64,000 nt of DNA from Carcharhinus longimanus. Taxonomy: Eukaryota. The stretch lies in the NCBI GenBank assembly GCA_030264375.1, contig JASCQW010000072.1, forward strand, positions 70,990,992-71,054,991, in the 5' to 3' direction. Position 1 is the first letter of the stretch, and each line of letters opens with the position of its first letter. Position numbers and translations under genes: made by a program. The notes under the pieces were generated by a model that had not been told where the DNA came from, ran no database searches, and saw only the letters and a list, made by a program, of their open reading frames with translations. Shown here in pieces: positions 1-13,217 of the stretch.

Positions 1-93
1 GGAGGGGTACAGCCTAAAGGCACTGGCAAGGCCTGGAATCCTGAGATCAGGGCGCAATTTTTAAAGGGCCTTAAATCCCATCTTAAATAAAAG

Positions 94-395
94 GGCGGCA
101 TGGTGGCACAGTGCTTACTGCTGCTGCCTCACAGCACCAGGGACCTGGGTTCAATTCCTGGCTCAGATCACTGTCTGTGTGGAGTCTGCACATTCTCCCC
201 TTGTCTTCATGGGTTTCCTCCGGGTGCTCCAATTTCCTCCCACAGTCCAAAGAAGTGCAGGTTAGGTGGATTGGCCATTCTAAGTTCTCCTTCAGTGTAC
301 CAAACAGGTGCCAGAGTGTGGTGACTAGGGCGTTTTCACAGTAACTTCATTGGCCTGTTAATGTAAACCTACTTATGACTAATAAATTTTACTTT
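94..395 (+). mobile_element. tRNA-derived V-SINE (HE1-related head and core, non-CR1 tail)
   Basis: A/B-box head (TGGCACAGTG...GGTTCAATTCC), V-domain (gggtttcctccgggtgctcc..ttcctcccacagtccaaag), tail gtaacttcatt..aatgtaaacctact..aataaa. Confidence 0.85.
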
Positions 396-2034
396 ACTTG
401 AACTCTAAAAGGCTTTCCTACTGCCATGGACATTGGGACACCCCCCCCAGTACAACGCCAACATTGGGTCACCACAATGCTAATATCAGGGCACCCACCC
501 TCTCACAGACATCAGGCTCTCCCTCACTCCTCCCCAGTTGGCATTGTCAGATTGACACTGATGGGGCACAGTGCCAGGTGGCAATGCCATGGCATTGCCC
601 GACCATGTCCCTCACTGTCCAGTGGTTGTACTGCCTCTATGTTCCTGGCGTGGTCATTGCGTCTGGTTTTCATTTTTGAAAGCCATTCGTGCTGGCGTGA
701 TGTCAGGATGGGATAAGGCGGGGAAGCAGACTCTACAGCATCAAGACTGGGAAATGGATGCTAATGTATTGGGGCCTTTCTGGGCATCAGCCTGATCAGA
801 TTACCAGTGTGGGGGTATCTGGAAAGATCTCAAACTGGGTGCAAATTCCATTCTTGGCTGTTGACAAGGTTTAGTGGCCATTATGGGATTTGCATCCACG
901 ATCAATGGAGCTGTTAAATCGTGGCCAAGAACTTGTTATATCAGTGCAGCGACAAGCATTGCCACATGATTTGCAAGATGCGTAAATCCATAATTGTATG
1001 TTCCTTTGAAATAGTTTAATTTCCTAAATTGTAACACTAGTGACAATTCAAACGAGGGGTAGAATTTTATTAGCCCACAATGGCGGGCTCAGGGCCAGAA
1101 AATGCAGCGAGCCATTCAAAAGTCTATTGACTTTGGCAAGATTGAAAAATCCCATCGGTGGAAGAGGCTGTAGTGTTCACCCATTTTGTCACTCAATTAG
1201 GATTGTCCAATTTTGGAATTAGAAGATCACGGGTTCAATTCCCACTCCAGCACTTGAGATATAATGGCCAAGATTTTATGGCTGCTTTGTGCCTGGCGCA
1301 ACTTGCGGTGGGGTCAGAGGAATGTAGATGAGGGGCCTAGCACATTGAGCGTTGGCACGAAACCCCATTGCAATCTTCCCGGGCCCCAATCCCAGATGTA
1401 ATCTTGTTCCCACAAGAACCAGATTAGCATGTTTAGATAAGAATGTAAATATGCTGAGTCCGTTTGAGGCTGGATTCTCCCTGCTCCTGGGATTCTCTGA
1501 GCCTTGAGTGCAGTGGAAGCCTGATGAGAATCACTACTGGTCTTCACAAAAGGATGGCCATGCCAGGGGGCTCAGAGGCTATTGAAGCCGCTGAGTGGTT
1601 AGGGACATGGCTGGGCAGTGCCCATTTGGTGGTGCCGGTCTGGCAGTGCTGGTCGGGTATCCTTGCAATGTCAGATCAATACTGCCAGATGGGCATTGCC
1701 AGGGTATCAAGAGTGATGACAAGGGAGTGGAGTCTCCTGAGACGGGGTGGGCTTGAAGGGGTTGGGCCTTAGTTGGGGTGGGGCATTAAGGGGATCATGA
1801 AGGGTGGAATGAAGAAGATCATGAAGGGGCTCTTAAAATAGGACCCATTGGGTCGATGATGCTGGTGATCTTTGTTGGAGTAAGGGGTGAGGAAACATGC
1901 CTTCAATGAGGGGAGGACGGTCCCCAGCATCCGTGGCGGGGGAAGGAGTGAGGTCTTCAATTTCACTTTGAGATCAGGGTGCCCTTTAAAAGCAGTGCCT
2001 GATGGAAGCTGGGCTTGCTGGTGTGTTTAGGCTA

Positions 2035-2356
2035 TGATGTAGATGTGCCAGCGTTGGACTGGGGTAAACACAGTAAAAAGTCTGACAACACCAGGTTTAA
2101 GTCCAACCGATTTATTTGNNNNNNNNNNNNNNNNNNNNNNNNNNNNNNNNNNNNNNNNNNNNNNNNNNNNNNNNNNNNNNNNNNNNNNNNNNNNNNNNNN
2201 NNNNNNNNNNNNNNNNNNTGTGCTTTATATGCTCTGTCTGAGGCCAGAACTCTCCATTCACCTGACGAAGGGACTAACCCCGAAAGCTAGTGAGTCTACT
2301 ATCAAATAAATCGGTTGGACTTAAACCTGGTGTTGTCAGACTTTTTACTGTGTTTA
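2035..2356. mobile_element. Penelope-like element remnant with inverted pLTR arms
   Basis: Perfect 54-bp inverted repeat at 2065-2118 and 2303-2356; flanking direct repeat TGTGTTTAGGCTA (2022-2034, 2349-2361); hammerhead-like motif inside; 100-N gap in the middle. Confidence 0.75.
2256..2295 (+). ncRNA. Minimal type I hammerhead-ribozyme-like motif
   Basis: ATTCAC-CTGACGA-A-GGG-ACTAAC-CCC-GAAA-GC-TA-GTGAGT: 6-bp helix I (ATTCAC/GTGAGT), CUGANGA and GAAA core boxes, short helix II, palindromic AGCT in place of helix III. Confidence 0.7.
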
Positions 2357-4388
2357 GGCTAATCACCTCTCAGAACCAGTGCAAAACACACTGCCCTCCC
2401 AAAAAATGACTATGTGTGAGAAATTTCTCACCAGAAACGGGGAATCATACCAAAACATGGCAGTGTGTTGTTCCTGGTAAGAAAACTAGCACAAAGAAAC
2501 AAGCCAATTTTCTCTTCAGATCTTGTGACACTGCCAAAAAAATCAATGGAGCATGTTATGCACCACCATCATGCAGGAGAGGCAGGGCCTCAACACGCCA
2601 ATGAAAGAATCGAACATGCAATTCAAAGTCAAATGGAAACAATCGATCACAATGTTCAGTTGGCTCCATGAAAAGAGAGAGAATGCAATCTTGTAGCAGA
2701 AAATCCAGTTTTAAATTTTAGTTATTGTTACAATAAAATATTTTAAGCAGTCTATCCATCAGATATTAAAGCTTAATTTACCTTTATTCCCAAAATGAAT
2801 ACTACAGACTTAGTGAAATGGTTCTTTTCTAGCTACATTCACTCAGGCCCCACCCCCATTTAGGCCACACACCCCTGACACCGTCCCTGGCACTGCCCTG
2901 GCCCACATATGGTGTCCAACCAAGCACAGCCATGTTGCCAGATGGACACTGCCATGTTGCCAGGTGGGCACTGCCCCATGGCCACTGTCTGGCCATGTTC
3001 CCAACCACCTGGGGGCTTCATTGGCCTCCAATCCCCCCCACCGGCATGGCCATCACATCTGGTCTCTGTTGGTGGAGACCTGTAGCGTTTCTTGCTGTCA
3101 TGAGGGGGTAAGTGTCTGGAAGACCAGAAACAGCCATCCCAGACATACGAGTGGGAATGAAATATAAGGCAAAACTGGACTGGGAACATTGCATACGACA
3201 CCAACTAGTTCGTTCCTGGCACAAACCAGATTGTTGGCTTCAATGCAATCTTAGTGGCTCATCACATCGGTCACTACCTTGGTCTTTTTGGGGAAAAATT
3301 CCGCCCTTAAAAATTCGATGTATGCTCTCAACATTTATAGTGTATCTTGGGCTGCGTAACCAGTTTCTCATGTGTTGGTCTCTTGATTGTAATTTCAGCC
3401 TTTTAATGTGCCAAATATGGATTTGCTCAGTGTTAATATCTAAATAAGTACAGCCCTCCTTGATTTCTAAAACGGTAATATAATCATTAATAAATGCTAT
3501 GCAAGGGCTGGCACTTGTTGACTTGCTTGACAAGCCATGCCTACCTGTTCTCATTTTCGTCAGTCGGGAGCCTGCATTTCAGGATTATAACATGGTTCCA
3601 GGTTGTACAAATTCCAGTAGTGTATGGTCCAGAATTTATCAAATCCTATATTGTGCTGTCTTTTCTGACATTGCACAATAAGAATGTGTTACTCTGTAAT
3701 TTTTGATGTGTGTTTCACCTATGAAGCATTTTCTTACTGCTGTAAGAAGACACAAGACTGTGCCTACACCGTTCTAGTTGCAAGGCATTGTAAACTGTAT
3801 TTATCATTTTACACAAATGAACCCTATTTAATATTTTAAATTCTTATTTGTAGAAAAATAACTCTTTTACTCTTACAAAGCTTTATTGTGGCCATATTTC
3901 TTTACATTTATCAATACATCTCCTTCTAGTTTCTTTCTATGTTTCTATGTCATACAATCAATAGCAATTTACAATGTTGCTCACGAGTTCAGTCCTCAAT
4001 CAGTGGCGCTTTCCTTAAGATCGAATCCTGTTTTAGCAGGAAAGTCTGCTCCACTTTAGAATTCACAGTACTCCTAAAATGTTTAAGCACCATTAATATG
4101 TATTCAGATTATCAAAAACAAAATTATATGATATAAAATCATATCAGTAATTGAATCAATAAACAATTATTAGTAATCAAGGATAATCTCGTTCTTCATT
4201 TTAAGGAAATCACATACCCTGTTGCATCATGTGACATTCATCTTATGTTGATTTTACAAAGGAACATTTGTTCCTCAGCTATGTTTTCTTTAGGTTATTT
4301 TCTTTGGAACATAGAAGGTTGGTGGGGTGGGAGGGGTAGTGGTGAATTTAGTTGAAGGGTTGATATACAGTGGATAGGAAATGTGGAA

Positions 4389-4567
4389 ATTAGAAGTGCT
4401 GCGTTTCCAAACATTGGCGAGCAAAGATTGATAACAAGCAATAGTTTATTCACTGTCTGAGCAGCTATTATATGCTTGTACTCTGTCCATGCTCCAGGGA
4501 AAACTCCCATGCCTCCATCATGTGACTTCTCAAGTAACTGAGTCATCATGTGACTGTTTGGTCTATA
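4389..4567 (-). repeat. 3' LTR of the Gypsy element
   Basis: Direct repeat of 8216-8405; preceded on the minus strand by purine-rich AAACAGGGAAGA (4568-4579, PPT). Confidence 0.8.
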
Positions 4568-6191
4568 TCTTCCCTGTTTAAGTTGGGACAACTGGTGATA
4601 CTGAGATGTAACAGTGTGCACGAACATTAATTGAAAATCATTTCATAATGTACAGATTGAACAGGTGAAAAACATATAACTATTTACACAGGATAAAACA
4701 TGGATTAAGCAGTTTCAGTTAGTGTGTAGCACACTGCAACCTCCCCCCCACCTCCATGTGTGTGCAAAGTTTATAAATTCTGTGGAGACCAATTGCTGAG
4801 CATTGTCTGTCTTGAGTGGCTGTGGGATATGTGTGGCAAAGTGTACCTTGATCTTGATGATGACTGTGTTATTTGGCAGATAGTCAAGTTCAAACCATAC
4901 AGAATGTGAGTTAACCAAGACTAAATATTGTTTACCATTCCATTCAAAAATGTCAGCTGCCATGAATGACTATGGGTTCCAGGACTTCATGTTGGTGCAG
5001 CGGTGTGAGTGCATTGCATGGTGTTCATGTGGAGACTTCCCTCTCCATGTCATGTACATGGAGGGCCAGTATAGTGATACCTTGGCTCCATGCAGGGTAC
5101 TCCTGGTGAAGTTGCTGGTTGTAATATCTATTAAGAGAAGTAGGAATGATGAATCACTGGTGATAAAATGTCAGTCTGTCCTGTACAGTTAGTTCATCTC
5201 TGATGGCGAAGAAGGTGTGGAACTCATGGGGTGCTGTTTTGACAATGTAGGCCAGCACTTCATGATGATACCATGCAGTATTCTGCATGTAATGTCTGCC
5301 TGCAAGATATCTTTGAGTCCCTGAGTTCAAAGAGAGGATGGTGCCTCTATTGTCATGTTGCCTGGGTTTTCCTCATCATCTGACGAGTCGGATAGGAAGG
5401 CTCTCAAAAAGGTGTCAGCCAAGTACAGCTGCTTACAACATCTGTACAATGATACTGAGATTGCAGATGCAGTGTGAAGAAACTTTTTTAAAATAGTGCT
5501 TAGTGGCTGATGATCAGTTTCAACAGTTGCAGGATGACCCACATATGAAATGATGACATTTTTGACAGGTGAAGATGGACAAAGAAGTTCCTTTCAATTG
5601 GGCATTTCGAATCTCAGTGTCAATCAGGACCCTTGATGCAAACACTATCAGTCTGCCATTCTGGGTGAAGACGGCACTGTCCATCCTGGGAGGCTGATAT
5701 GAGTACAGCTCCTCGAACGGCAAACTATTGGAGGACTGGTGAGAGTGCCTGTTTAAGTATGTTGAACACCATTTGTGGTGCTTTTGCCAACAGCAGCCGA
5801 CACTGCAACCCCAATCTTGGTTGAGGAGCTGACAAAGAGGCCCAGTGACTTTCCTAGGAATGAACTTAGAAAGATAATTTGTCACACCAAGGCAAAGCTG
5901 CAAAGCATGCTTGTCCAAAGAGATCGCCATCTATCGTGTAGCCATTGTCTGGAACTGGCTTCACATCATTGGCTGTAAGTGATCCACATAGGGAACTTGG
6001 TTCATCATGAATCTACATTCAACAGGTTTAAGCTTCAGTTGTATGGTCCTATTTCTGTTACAGACTAGACAGGGATATACATCATATTCTTGAAAAATAC
6101 AATTCCAGACCAGGATGTCATCAACAATGATTTTGCAGGATTGGCCTGCAAAGCGTTGTTCCATGCCCAATGGAAGTGGAGATCCCATAGA

Positions 6192-6516
6192 GCATATGGT
6201 GGTACAGTGGTTAGCACTGCTGCCTCACAGCATCAGGGACACAGGTTCAGTTATGGCCTCAAGTGACTGTCTGTGTGGAGTTTGCACATTATCCCCGTGT
6301 CTGTGTGGTTTTCCTCCAGGTGCTCCAGTTTCTTCCCACACTGCAAAGGTCTGCAGGTTAGGTGGATTGGCCATGTTACATTGCCTGTTAATTTAAGGGG
6401 GATTAGCAGGGTAAATAGGTGGGGTTACAGGGATAAGACCTGGGAGATTGTTGTTGGTGCAGGCTCAATGAGTCAAATGGCCTCCTTCTGCACTGTAGGG
6501 ATTCTATAATTCTATG
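6192..6516 (+). mobile_element. HE1-type V-SINE inserted in Gypsy pol
   Basis: tRNA head, V-domain, CR1-like tail ggcctccttctgcactgtagggattctat. Confidence 0.85.
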
Positions 6517-6606
6517 ATATGAAGAAAATGGCATCCTGTCTACCGGAGATACGAATGGAGTTTCAAAGATTCCTCATCTAATGGGATCAGCCAGAACCTG
6601 CATGTG

Positions 6607-6901
6607 GGCGGCATGATGGCACAGTGGTTAGCACTGCTGCCTCACAGCATCAGGGACCCAGGCTCGATGCCCAGCTTAGATTATTGTCCGTGTGGAGTCT
6701 GCATGTTCTCCCCAAGTAGGTTTCCTCTAGATGCTCCATTTCCTCCCACAGTCCGAAAGACCCGCTAGTTAGGTGTATTGGCCATGCTAAATTCTCCCTC
6801 AGCGTACCCAAAAAGGCCCAGAATGTGCCGGCTATGGAATCTTTCCCTGTGACTTAATTGCAGTATTAATGTAGGCTTACTTGTGACGCTAATAAATGAA
6901 C
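6607..6901 (+). mobile_element. V-SINE (second tail type) inserted in Gypsy pol
   Basis: Same structure as 94-395. Confidence 0.85.
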
Positions 6902-8202
6902 TTGGCATTGAGAATACCAAGCACCTTAGCGTTTGGCATGTCTCCTTTTACCTATTCCACTGTCTTCATAGGGTATTGAGGTCTGAACAGCACCTTGTTT
7001 AAGTGCACTGGGTCAACACATATCCTGACCGTTCCATCTTTCTTTATTGCCACCACCTTTGCTGAAACTCATTCTGTGAAATTGTCTATGAGAATTATAG
7101 TTTTGTCATCCAAAGCAGCTCATGATTACTTTCATGGCTATTGGTACTGTTCCTGGATCACAAACAGTTGGTGGGTCCTGAGCAATCTAGTCTCATGTGA
7201 TTTATTACTGGTAGCTTATCAATGACGTCACAGTTAAAGAGGTCTTTGTATTCTATCATTTCTGGAGTCTGGTGTTGCAGAGAATGTATCTCTGAACTTT
7301 GCTCCACTGGCAATCTTTACTTTCAGTTTTACATTGTTGCAGGTCATGGTCTGGCTGATGAAGACCTCACCCTTTTCTGTAATGGTGTTGACACTCTCAT
7401 AGTAGAGTGCTGTTAAGGCTCAGTGGTTTTAGCTGCTCCAGCTGAGCTCCAGTTCATTCCCTTTGCTGGTGCTCCTAACCATGAAACACTGACCAGCTGC
7501 AATGTGCAATGTGGTTCTTGTCAGCATAAAATTCCTGTAATTTCAATCTGTAGCATTTTGAAAAATGATTCAATTTTTGTTGCAGTGTTTACCATATGGC
7601 AAACATGCTGCTCTGTTCTGAGGATGATGACAGCTACAGTTTGGGCAGGAAATGCCCTGTAATGCGAAAATTTCTGTTTACCGCCTTAATTCCTCATTGC
7701 CTTTTTTCAGGTTGTCCGTTTAGCCTGCAGAGGCCGACATCTTTTAGTAGTGTCAACTCTTTCTCTCGCAGCAGCTACCTGTGGATTAGGTTGCTATGGA
7801 CCCCACAGATCATTTGATCCCTGACTAACTCATCAGTGCACAAATGCACATTTTTTTCTCTAAAGTTTGCAAAGTTGCCGTTTGGAGTGTATCGATTCAT
7901 CACATCTTTGGTTTGTAAGGCTAAATGTTTGCCTGTCAAATATGATGTTCTTCACTTGTAGGCAAATGTCTTCAAACCTCTTGAGAATTATTTTGAGGTT
8001 CTGTTTCTCCTCCTCCATTTGAAACTTCTCAATGCCTCAGGCCCGCTAGATTTAGTAAGAGCTAAGCTTGTGCCTTTTCTGATTTATCCGATAATCCAGT
8101 GCCACAATACGTGCCACTCCTTTTCAATTTGGCCCAGTGTCTGCAATATTTTCATAGAATACGAGTGGGTCGATGTGGCCACATTCTTGTCCCATACTGC
8201 CA

Positions 8203-8215
8203 ACTCCTGACACCA
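8203..8215 (-). other. Primer binding site, tRNA-Leu
   Basis: Minus strand TGGTGTCAGGAGT immediately after the LTR-terminal CA; complementary to the 3' end of vertebrate tRNA-Leu(CAG) (...ACTCCTGACACCA). Confidence 0.8.
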
Positions 8216-8405
8216 TGTAGAAATGCTGGGATTCCCAAAGATTGGTGGCCAGGGATTTATAATAAACAATTTATTTACTAAATCTAATCTGGGCAGCTAC
8301 ACATGCTTGTACTCTGCCCATGCTTCGGGGAAAATTGCCACGTTTCTGTTATGTGATCTCTTAAGTAACTGCATCATCACACCATTATGTGACACTTGGT
8401 CTACA
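8216..8405 (-). repeat. 5' LTR of the Gypsy element
   Basis: TGTAG...CTACA termini; diverged direct repeat of 4389-4567 (shared block gcagcta..atgcttgtactctg.ccatgct..aagtaactg). Confidence 0.85.
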
Positions 8406-9552
8406 GGAAGGACCTATTTTCCATAGCAGAGAAATCATTAAACAGAGGACATGGATTTCAAGTAATTGGTAAAAGGATTAGAGGGGAGTTGAGAATTCCA
8501 TTTCAGTCAGAGGATGGTTAATGCCTAATGGTGGTAGAGGAAGAAACCCTCATTGAAAAGGTATTTGGATATAGATTTGAAACGCTATTATCTGTAGGGT
8601 TACAAGAACTAGAAAGTAGGATTATGTGGATGGCTCTTTTTTGACAAGCACAAATCCTAGGATGAATGGCCTCCTTCTCTGCTACATTTTTTCTATGTTT
8701 CTATGTCCTTGACAAAATATAATTTAAATTTTCATTGCATCAACTTCCAACTATTCCACTTCATTCATCATATGTAAGAGAAAATCATTTTTTGTTCCTA
8801 GAAAGTTCCAGAGTGGCCATCAGTGACTTTGACACACATACAATAACCTCAGCATTACGAGTTGCATTCCGTGCTCATCTTGTGCCTCAGTAGTTCCAGA
8901 ACACCAAAGAGCCAAAATGAATAAGCAACAGTATCAGTGCATTGCATCAGAACATTATTACATTATAAATTTTCTGTTTCATGTGACCAGTAGCCACAAT
9001 TCCAGGGATCCTTGTCACAATTCCTACTAAAACACATAAAATGGGAATCGTATTTCCAAGTGGAATTGCATATCATGCCCTAACTTTATCACCAGCTTCG
9101 TCACTGGGGGAATCCCTGTGGAAATTTTCACATAGCAAAACTTTTCTCCAGTTAAAGACAATGCTGATCTACTGAGTTTTATCCTAACATTAATGTGTCT
9201 TTCTTTATAGTGGCCTCAATATGGATCAACAAAGGGTTATCAGTGTCTTCATTTTAAAGATATGGGTTTGCTGTGTATTATTACACTTTAATCAATCTAG
9301 GAAAGTATTTCCTCTTGGCCTTATATATCACAATTCACCTCTCTATAAGGGAGCATTGTTCTTGAAGGTGCTCTGCCTTTGTGAAAAAAGGATTAAATTT
9401 AATGGCTCGTGCCCGATGACAGTAGGCTGTGATGGGAATTGAATTAGACACAGAACTCCACAGGTTGGAGAAGCCCTTCAGATTGTCCTTTCAGTTTGGT
9501 GCTATAGTTGCATGACTGCAATTTTAAAACACTTGGATTTTCATGGAAGGTT

Positions 9553-9861
9553 CATAGAATCCCTACAGTACAGAAGGAGGTCATTCAGCCCATTGTGTCT
9601 GTACCGATCACAACCACCCTATTCCTTCCTGTAACCCCATTTACGTTGCTAATCTCCCTAACATTAGGGTCAATTTAGTATGGTCAATCAACCTAACCCG
9701 CACATCTTTGGACTCTGAGAGGAAAACAGAGCACCCAAGGAAACCCACAGAGATACGGGGAGAATGTGCAAACTCCGCTCAGACAGTGACCCAAGGCTGG
9801 AATGTGAACCTGGGTCCCTGGTGCTGTGAGGCAGCAGTGCTAAACCACTGTACCACTGCCC
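9553..9861 (-). mobile_element. HE1-type V-SINE
   Basis: Reverse complement of head, V-domain and catagaatccctacagt tail. Confidence 0.85.
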
Positions 9862-10369
9862 TGGGAGATTCTTGTCACAACCAGGCGAGGGTTTCAAAAA
9901 TATTTAAAAATTTGGATCAGATAATGTAAATCAGGCACAACTAGATCTTAGCATGAAGCCTGTTGCACCTATGAACAAATCTAGTGGAGCTGTGATAAGA
10001 AACTTACATCTGAGTCGTGCCTTGTATCCTCAGAAAGTTCCAAAGCAGTTCAGAGCCAATCAAATATTATTGAAGAATAGTCATTGTTGTAATGTACGGA
10101 AATGCAGCACACAATTGCAGAGGACAAAGCCTCATACATGATGGATCAAATTTCAGTATAATGTTGGTTGAGGGATAAACGTTGGTCAGAACAACGGGGA
10201 GAACCTTCTGGTTCTTCATTGAATAATACAATGGGAAGTCATGCTATCAGTTCAAGGACTCTTTTGAAAGATAGGAACTCATATACGATCTTAAACTCCT
10301 GACTCTCTGATATGAATAAAGAAAGTCACTTTAACTATTTGAAGAATCTTAGGGGGGAGGGGGGTAAAA

Positions 10370-12285
10370 ACTTCTAAGAGAATGGTTTCAGGGATGAGAT
10401 GACTAGGTTGGAAAAGTTGGGATTCTTCACCTAACAGAAGTAAAGGTTGAGAGCATGTGTTCAAAATCATGAGGGGTCTGGACAGAGTAAACGGGAAACT
10501 GCTCCCATTGTGTTGAGAACCATACGACACAGGTTCGAGGTGATTGACAAAAGAAGCAATGGTGATATGAGGAAAAACACAGTAAAAACACAATCACATA
10601 CCAAAAATAGAATGCAGCCAGGAGGTTAGTGAGGGTGAAGATCTTAAGTTATTTAACAAAAATAGAGAAAATATATTGGAGAAATTTAAAGGATTAATAG
10701 TCAACAAATTCCCAGGATCTAATGGGTTACATCCTAGAGTTCTAAAAGAGAAGATAGCAACACTGGTATGTTTTTCCAAAATTCCCTAGATTCTGGAATG
10801 ATCACAGCAGATTCGAAGTTATAAACTGTAACAGCTTTATTCATGAAAGAAGGGCTAGAAAAGCACAGAACAAATGACAGTTGCCTTATCCATCAGTTGA
10901 TAGGAAAATGCTGCAATCTATATTGATGGACAGCTTAACAATGCATTTAGAAAATCATAATATGATCAAAATCAACAAAAGGGAAATCATGTTTGACAAA
11001 TTTATTAGAGATTTTTGAATATGTAACCAATGGCAGAAATAAAGGGGAACTAATAGCTTTTTTATATTTGGATTTCTAGAAGGCATTCGATAAGGTGCCA
11101 CACAAGAAAAAGGTACATGGGACACATGGAGTTGAGGACAATGTATTTAGCATGAATCGAGGATTGGTCAATAAACAGGAAGTAAAGAGTAGAGATAAAT
11201 GAGGCATTTTCAAGATGGAAGATTGCAAGGAGCAATGCTGGAGCCTCAGCTATGTACAATAAACAAATTAGCTGGAGAGATAGAAGCACTAGGCAGTATT
11301 TTGCAGCCTTTCCCACTGGCGGGATCTTCTGGTCTCACCAAAGCTGACCCTCCATGGCATGTTCCCTTGTGGCGAGATGGGCAAACCATGCAAACCATCA
11401 TTGGCAGGACTAGAAGATCCAACAGTGGCCAAGGTGCTGGGAAAAGTGCTGCGCGGGGGTGTCAGAAAATCCTGCCCAAAGAGTAATGTGTTTGAGTTGT
11501 GAAGAGAACACAAACCAGCTGCAAAAAAGTCATGGTGGCAGATGGAGTATAACTTGGGGAAATATGAGGTTATTCATTTTGTCAGTAAGAACAAAACAAT
11601 GGAGTATGTTTTGGTCTTTATTACAAGGGGATTTAAAAACAAGAATAAAGAAATCTTACTACAGTTTTACAGTATCTGGAGTAAGTTTAAGTTAATTATT
11701 AATGTCGCCAGTAGGCTTACATTAACACTGCAATGAAGTTACTGTGAAATTTCCCAAGTCGCATATAGTTTTGGTCTCCATACTTAAAGAAAGATCAGGT
11801 TGCATTTGAGATGGTACAATGGATGTTCACTAGATTGGTTCCTCAGTGGAGAGAATTTTTCTATGATGAGAGGTTGAGTAAATTGGCCTATACTCTGAGA
11901 TTCAGAGGAATGAGAAATGATATCGCTGAACTGTAAAGATTTTGAAGGGGCTTTAGAAGTTAGATGCTGAGACATTTGTTTCCTCTGGCTGGGTAATCCA
12001 GAATACAGGGTGTCAGGACAAGGGACAAATTATTTTGGACTTCACTCAGAGAGTTGAGAATCTTCTGAAATCTGTACCCTGAAAGATTGTAGATGCTCCA
12101 TTATTAGGGTATATTTAGGGCTCAGACAGAGGTCTTTGATCTCTCAGGAAACTAAGGGAGGTAGGGAGGAGACAGTAAAATAGAGTTGAGGCAGAGTTGA
12201 GTGCATTATCGTACTGAATGGCATGGGAATCTAGAGACGTCATATGGTTTATTTCTTGGGTTATTAGTTTTTTTATGGTTTGAAT
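10370..12285 (+). mobile_element. Degenerate CR1 LINE ORF2 and 3' end pieces with nested insertions
   Basis: Remnants of KGKSCLTNLLEFF, YLDF.KAFDKVPH, WQMEYNLGKYEVIHF; CR1-type 3' end. Confidence 0.8.
11291..11477. mobile_element. About 190-bp MITE inside CR1
   Basis: Termini GGCAGTATTTT and AAAATCCTGCC; internal inverted blocks ggatcttctggtc and gactagaagatcc. Confidence 0.6.
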
Positions 12286-12456
12286 GGTTAGGATTCAGAA
12301 TGTGCTGGCTGACTGTGTCCTGGAGGCAGATTGAATTACAGTCTTCAAAAATGAATGGGATAAGCTCCTAAGAGAAAAACTATTCAGGGCAATGCAGAAA
12401 GGGCAAATAAATGGGACTAGTTGAGATTCTCTTGCAGAGAACCATAGAAACAATGG

Positions 12457-13215
12457 GGCAATTATTTTCCTGGTGCTGGGCAGACTTGAAACTGGGAGAG
12501 TTTCAGATCCGTTTTTTGGGCATGTTTTCAGGCCCCCCATACGCACTCTGTCTGCAAAATTCTGAGCGAGCCTGCTGCTCGTGCAGATGTCTATGGACAG
12601 GGCACCCAAAAGACTGCAGAAGGAGGTAATGTGCATGTTCAGGCCTCTGATGCTGCACAGGCACATTAGCAGTAGCAGGGGTCTCACAGAAAAGAGAGAT
12701 CTATCAGGCTCCTGCTACTGCAGGCTGCCTGGAGCAGCTCCCCCCCCTGCAATAATAGGGGTCGTGGCCCGAGATACACTGAGGCACCCCCCCCCTCCGC
12801 CGTTCAAACCGATCGCAGCACCCCCTCCCCCGCNNNNNNNNNNNNNNNNNNNNNNNNNNNNNNNNNNNNNNNNNNNNNNCATGGCCCCACTGGCCTACTC
12901 TCACTGAGTAGCAGCGGGCCCCTCCCCATTAGCCCCTCCACATTAGTCCCTCCCTCCAGTAGTCCCATCCCCTGACATTGTTTGGTGGGCATTGCTCAGG
13001 GACCAGTGTGGCACTGCCAGTCTGGCACTGCCCAAGGACAACTCCTTTGCCCTTGGCCTCCATGGCCTCTGGTTCCACTGGTGAGGCCAAGTCAACTGCT
13101 CTCCATTCATGGGCAGCAAGTCTATTCATCACTGGTGAGAACTTTTCCTGGATGGATTACTCTGTTGCCCCTATTTCTGGGCTTCCCGGCCATTGCAAGT
13201 TGTCTATCCCTTGCT
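12457..13215. mobile_element. GC-rich TIR-type repeat (related family)
   Basis: Starts GGGGCAATTATT; contains the ggcactgcc/tggcagtgcc motifs also at 1-60, 420-930, 1265-2030, 2843-3310, 29830-30340 and 63017-63570. Confidence 0.5.
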
Positions 13216-13217
13216 GA

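Larger units (their letters stand above)
4389..8405 (-). mobile_element. Degenerate Gypsy/Ty3 LTR retrotransposon (gag-RT-RNaseH-integrase order)
   Basis: Minus-strand remnants: gag-like start near 8195, RT IIVDDILVW (~6105-6130), LGVTNYLSKFIP, FASRVL, RNase H ETDHQPL (~5510), integrase DIFEWNGKQYLVLV...KTDNAQQ (4715-4960). Paired LTRs, PBS and PPT present. Many stops and frameshifts. Confidence 0.88.

Noticed and set aside
94-170. tRNA genes at SINE heads
   Set aside because: These are tRNA-derived SINE 5' regions that run directly into the V-domain, not free tRNAs
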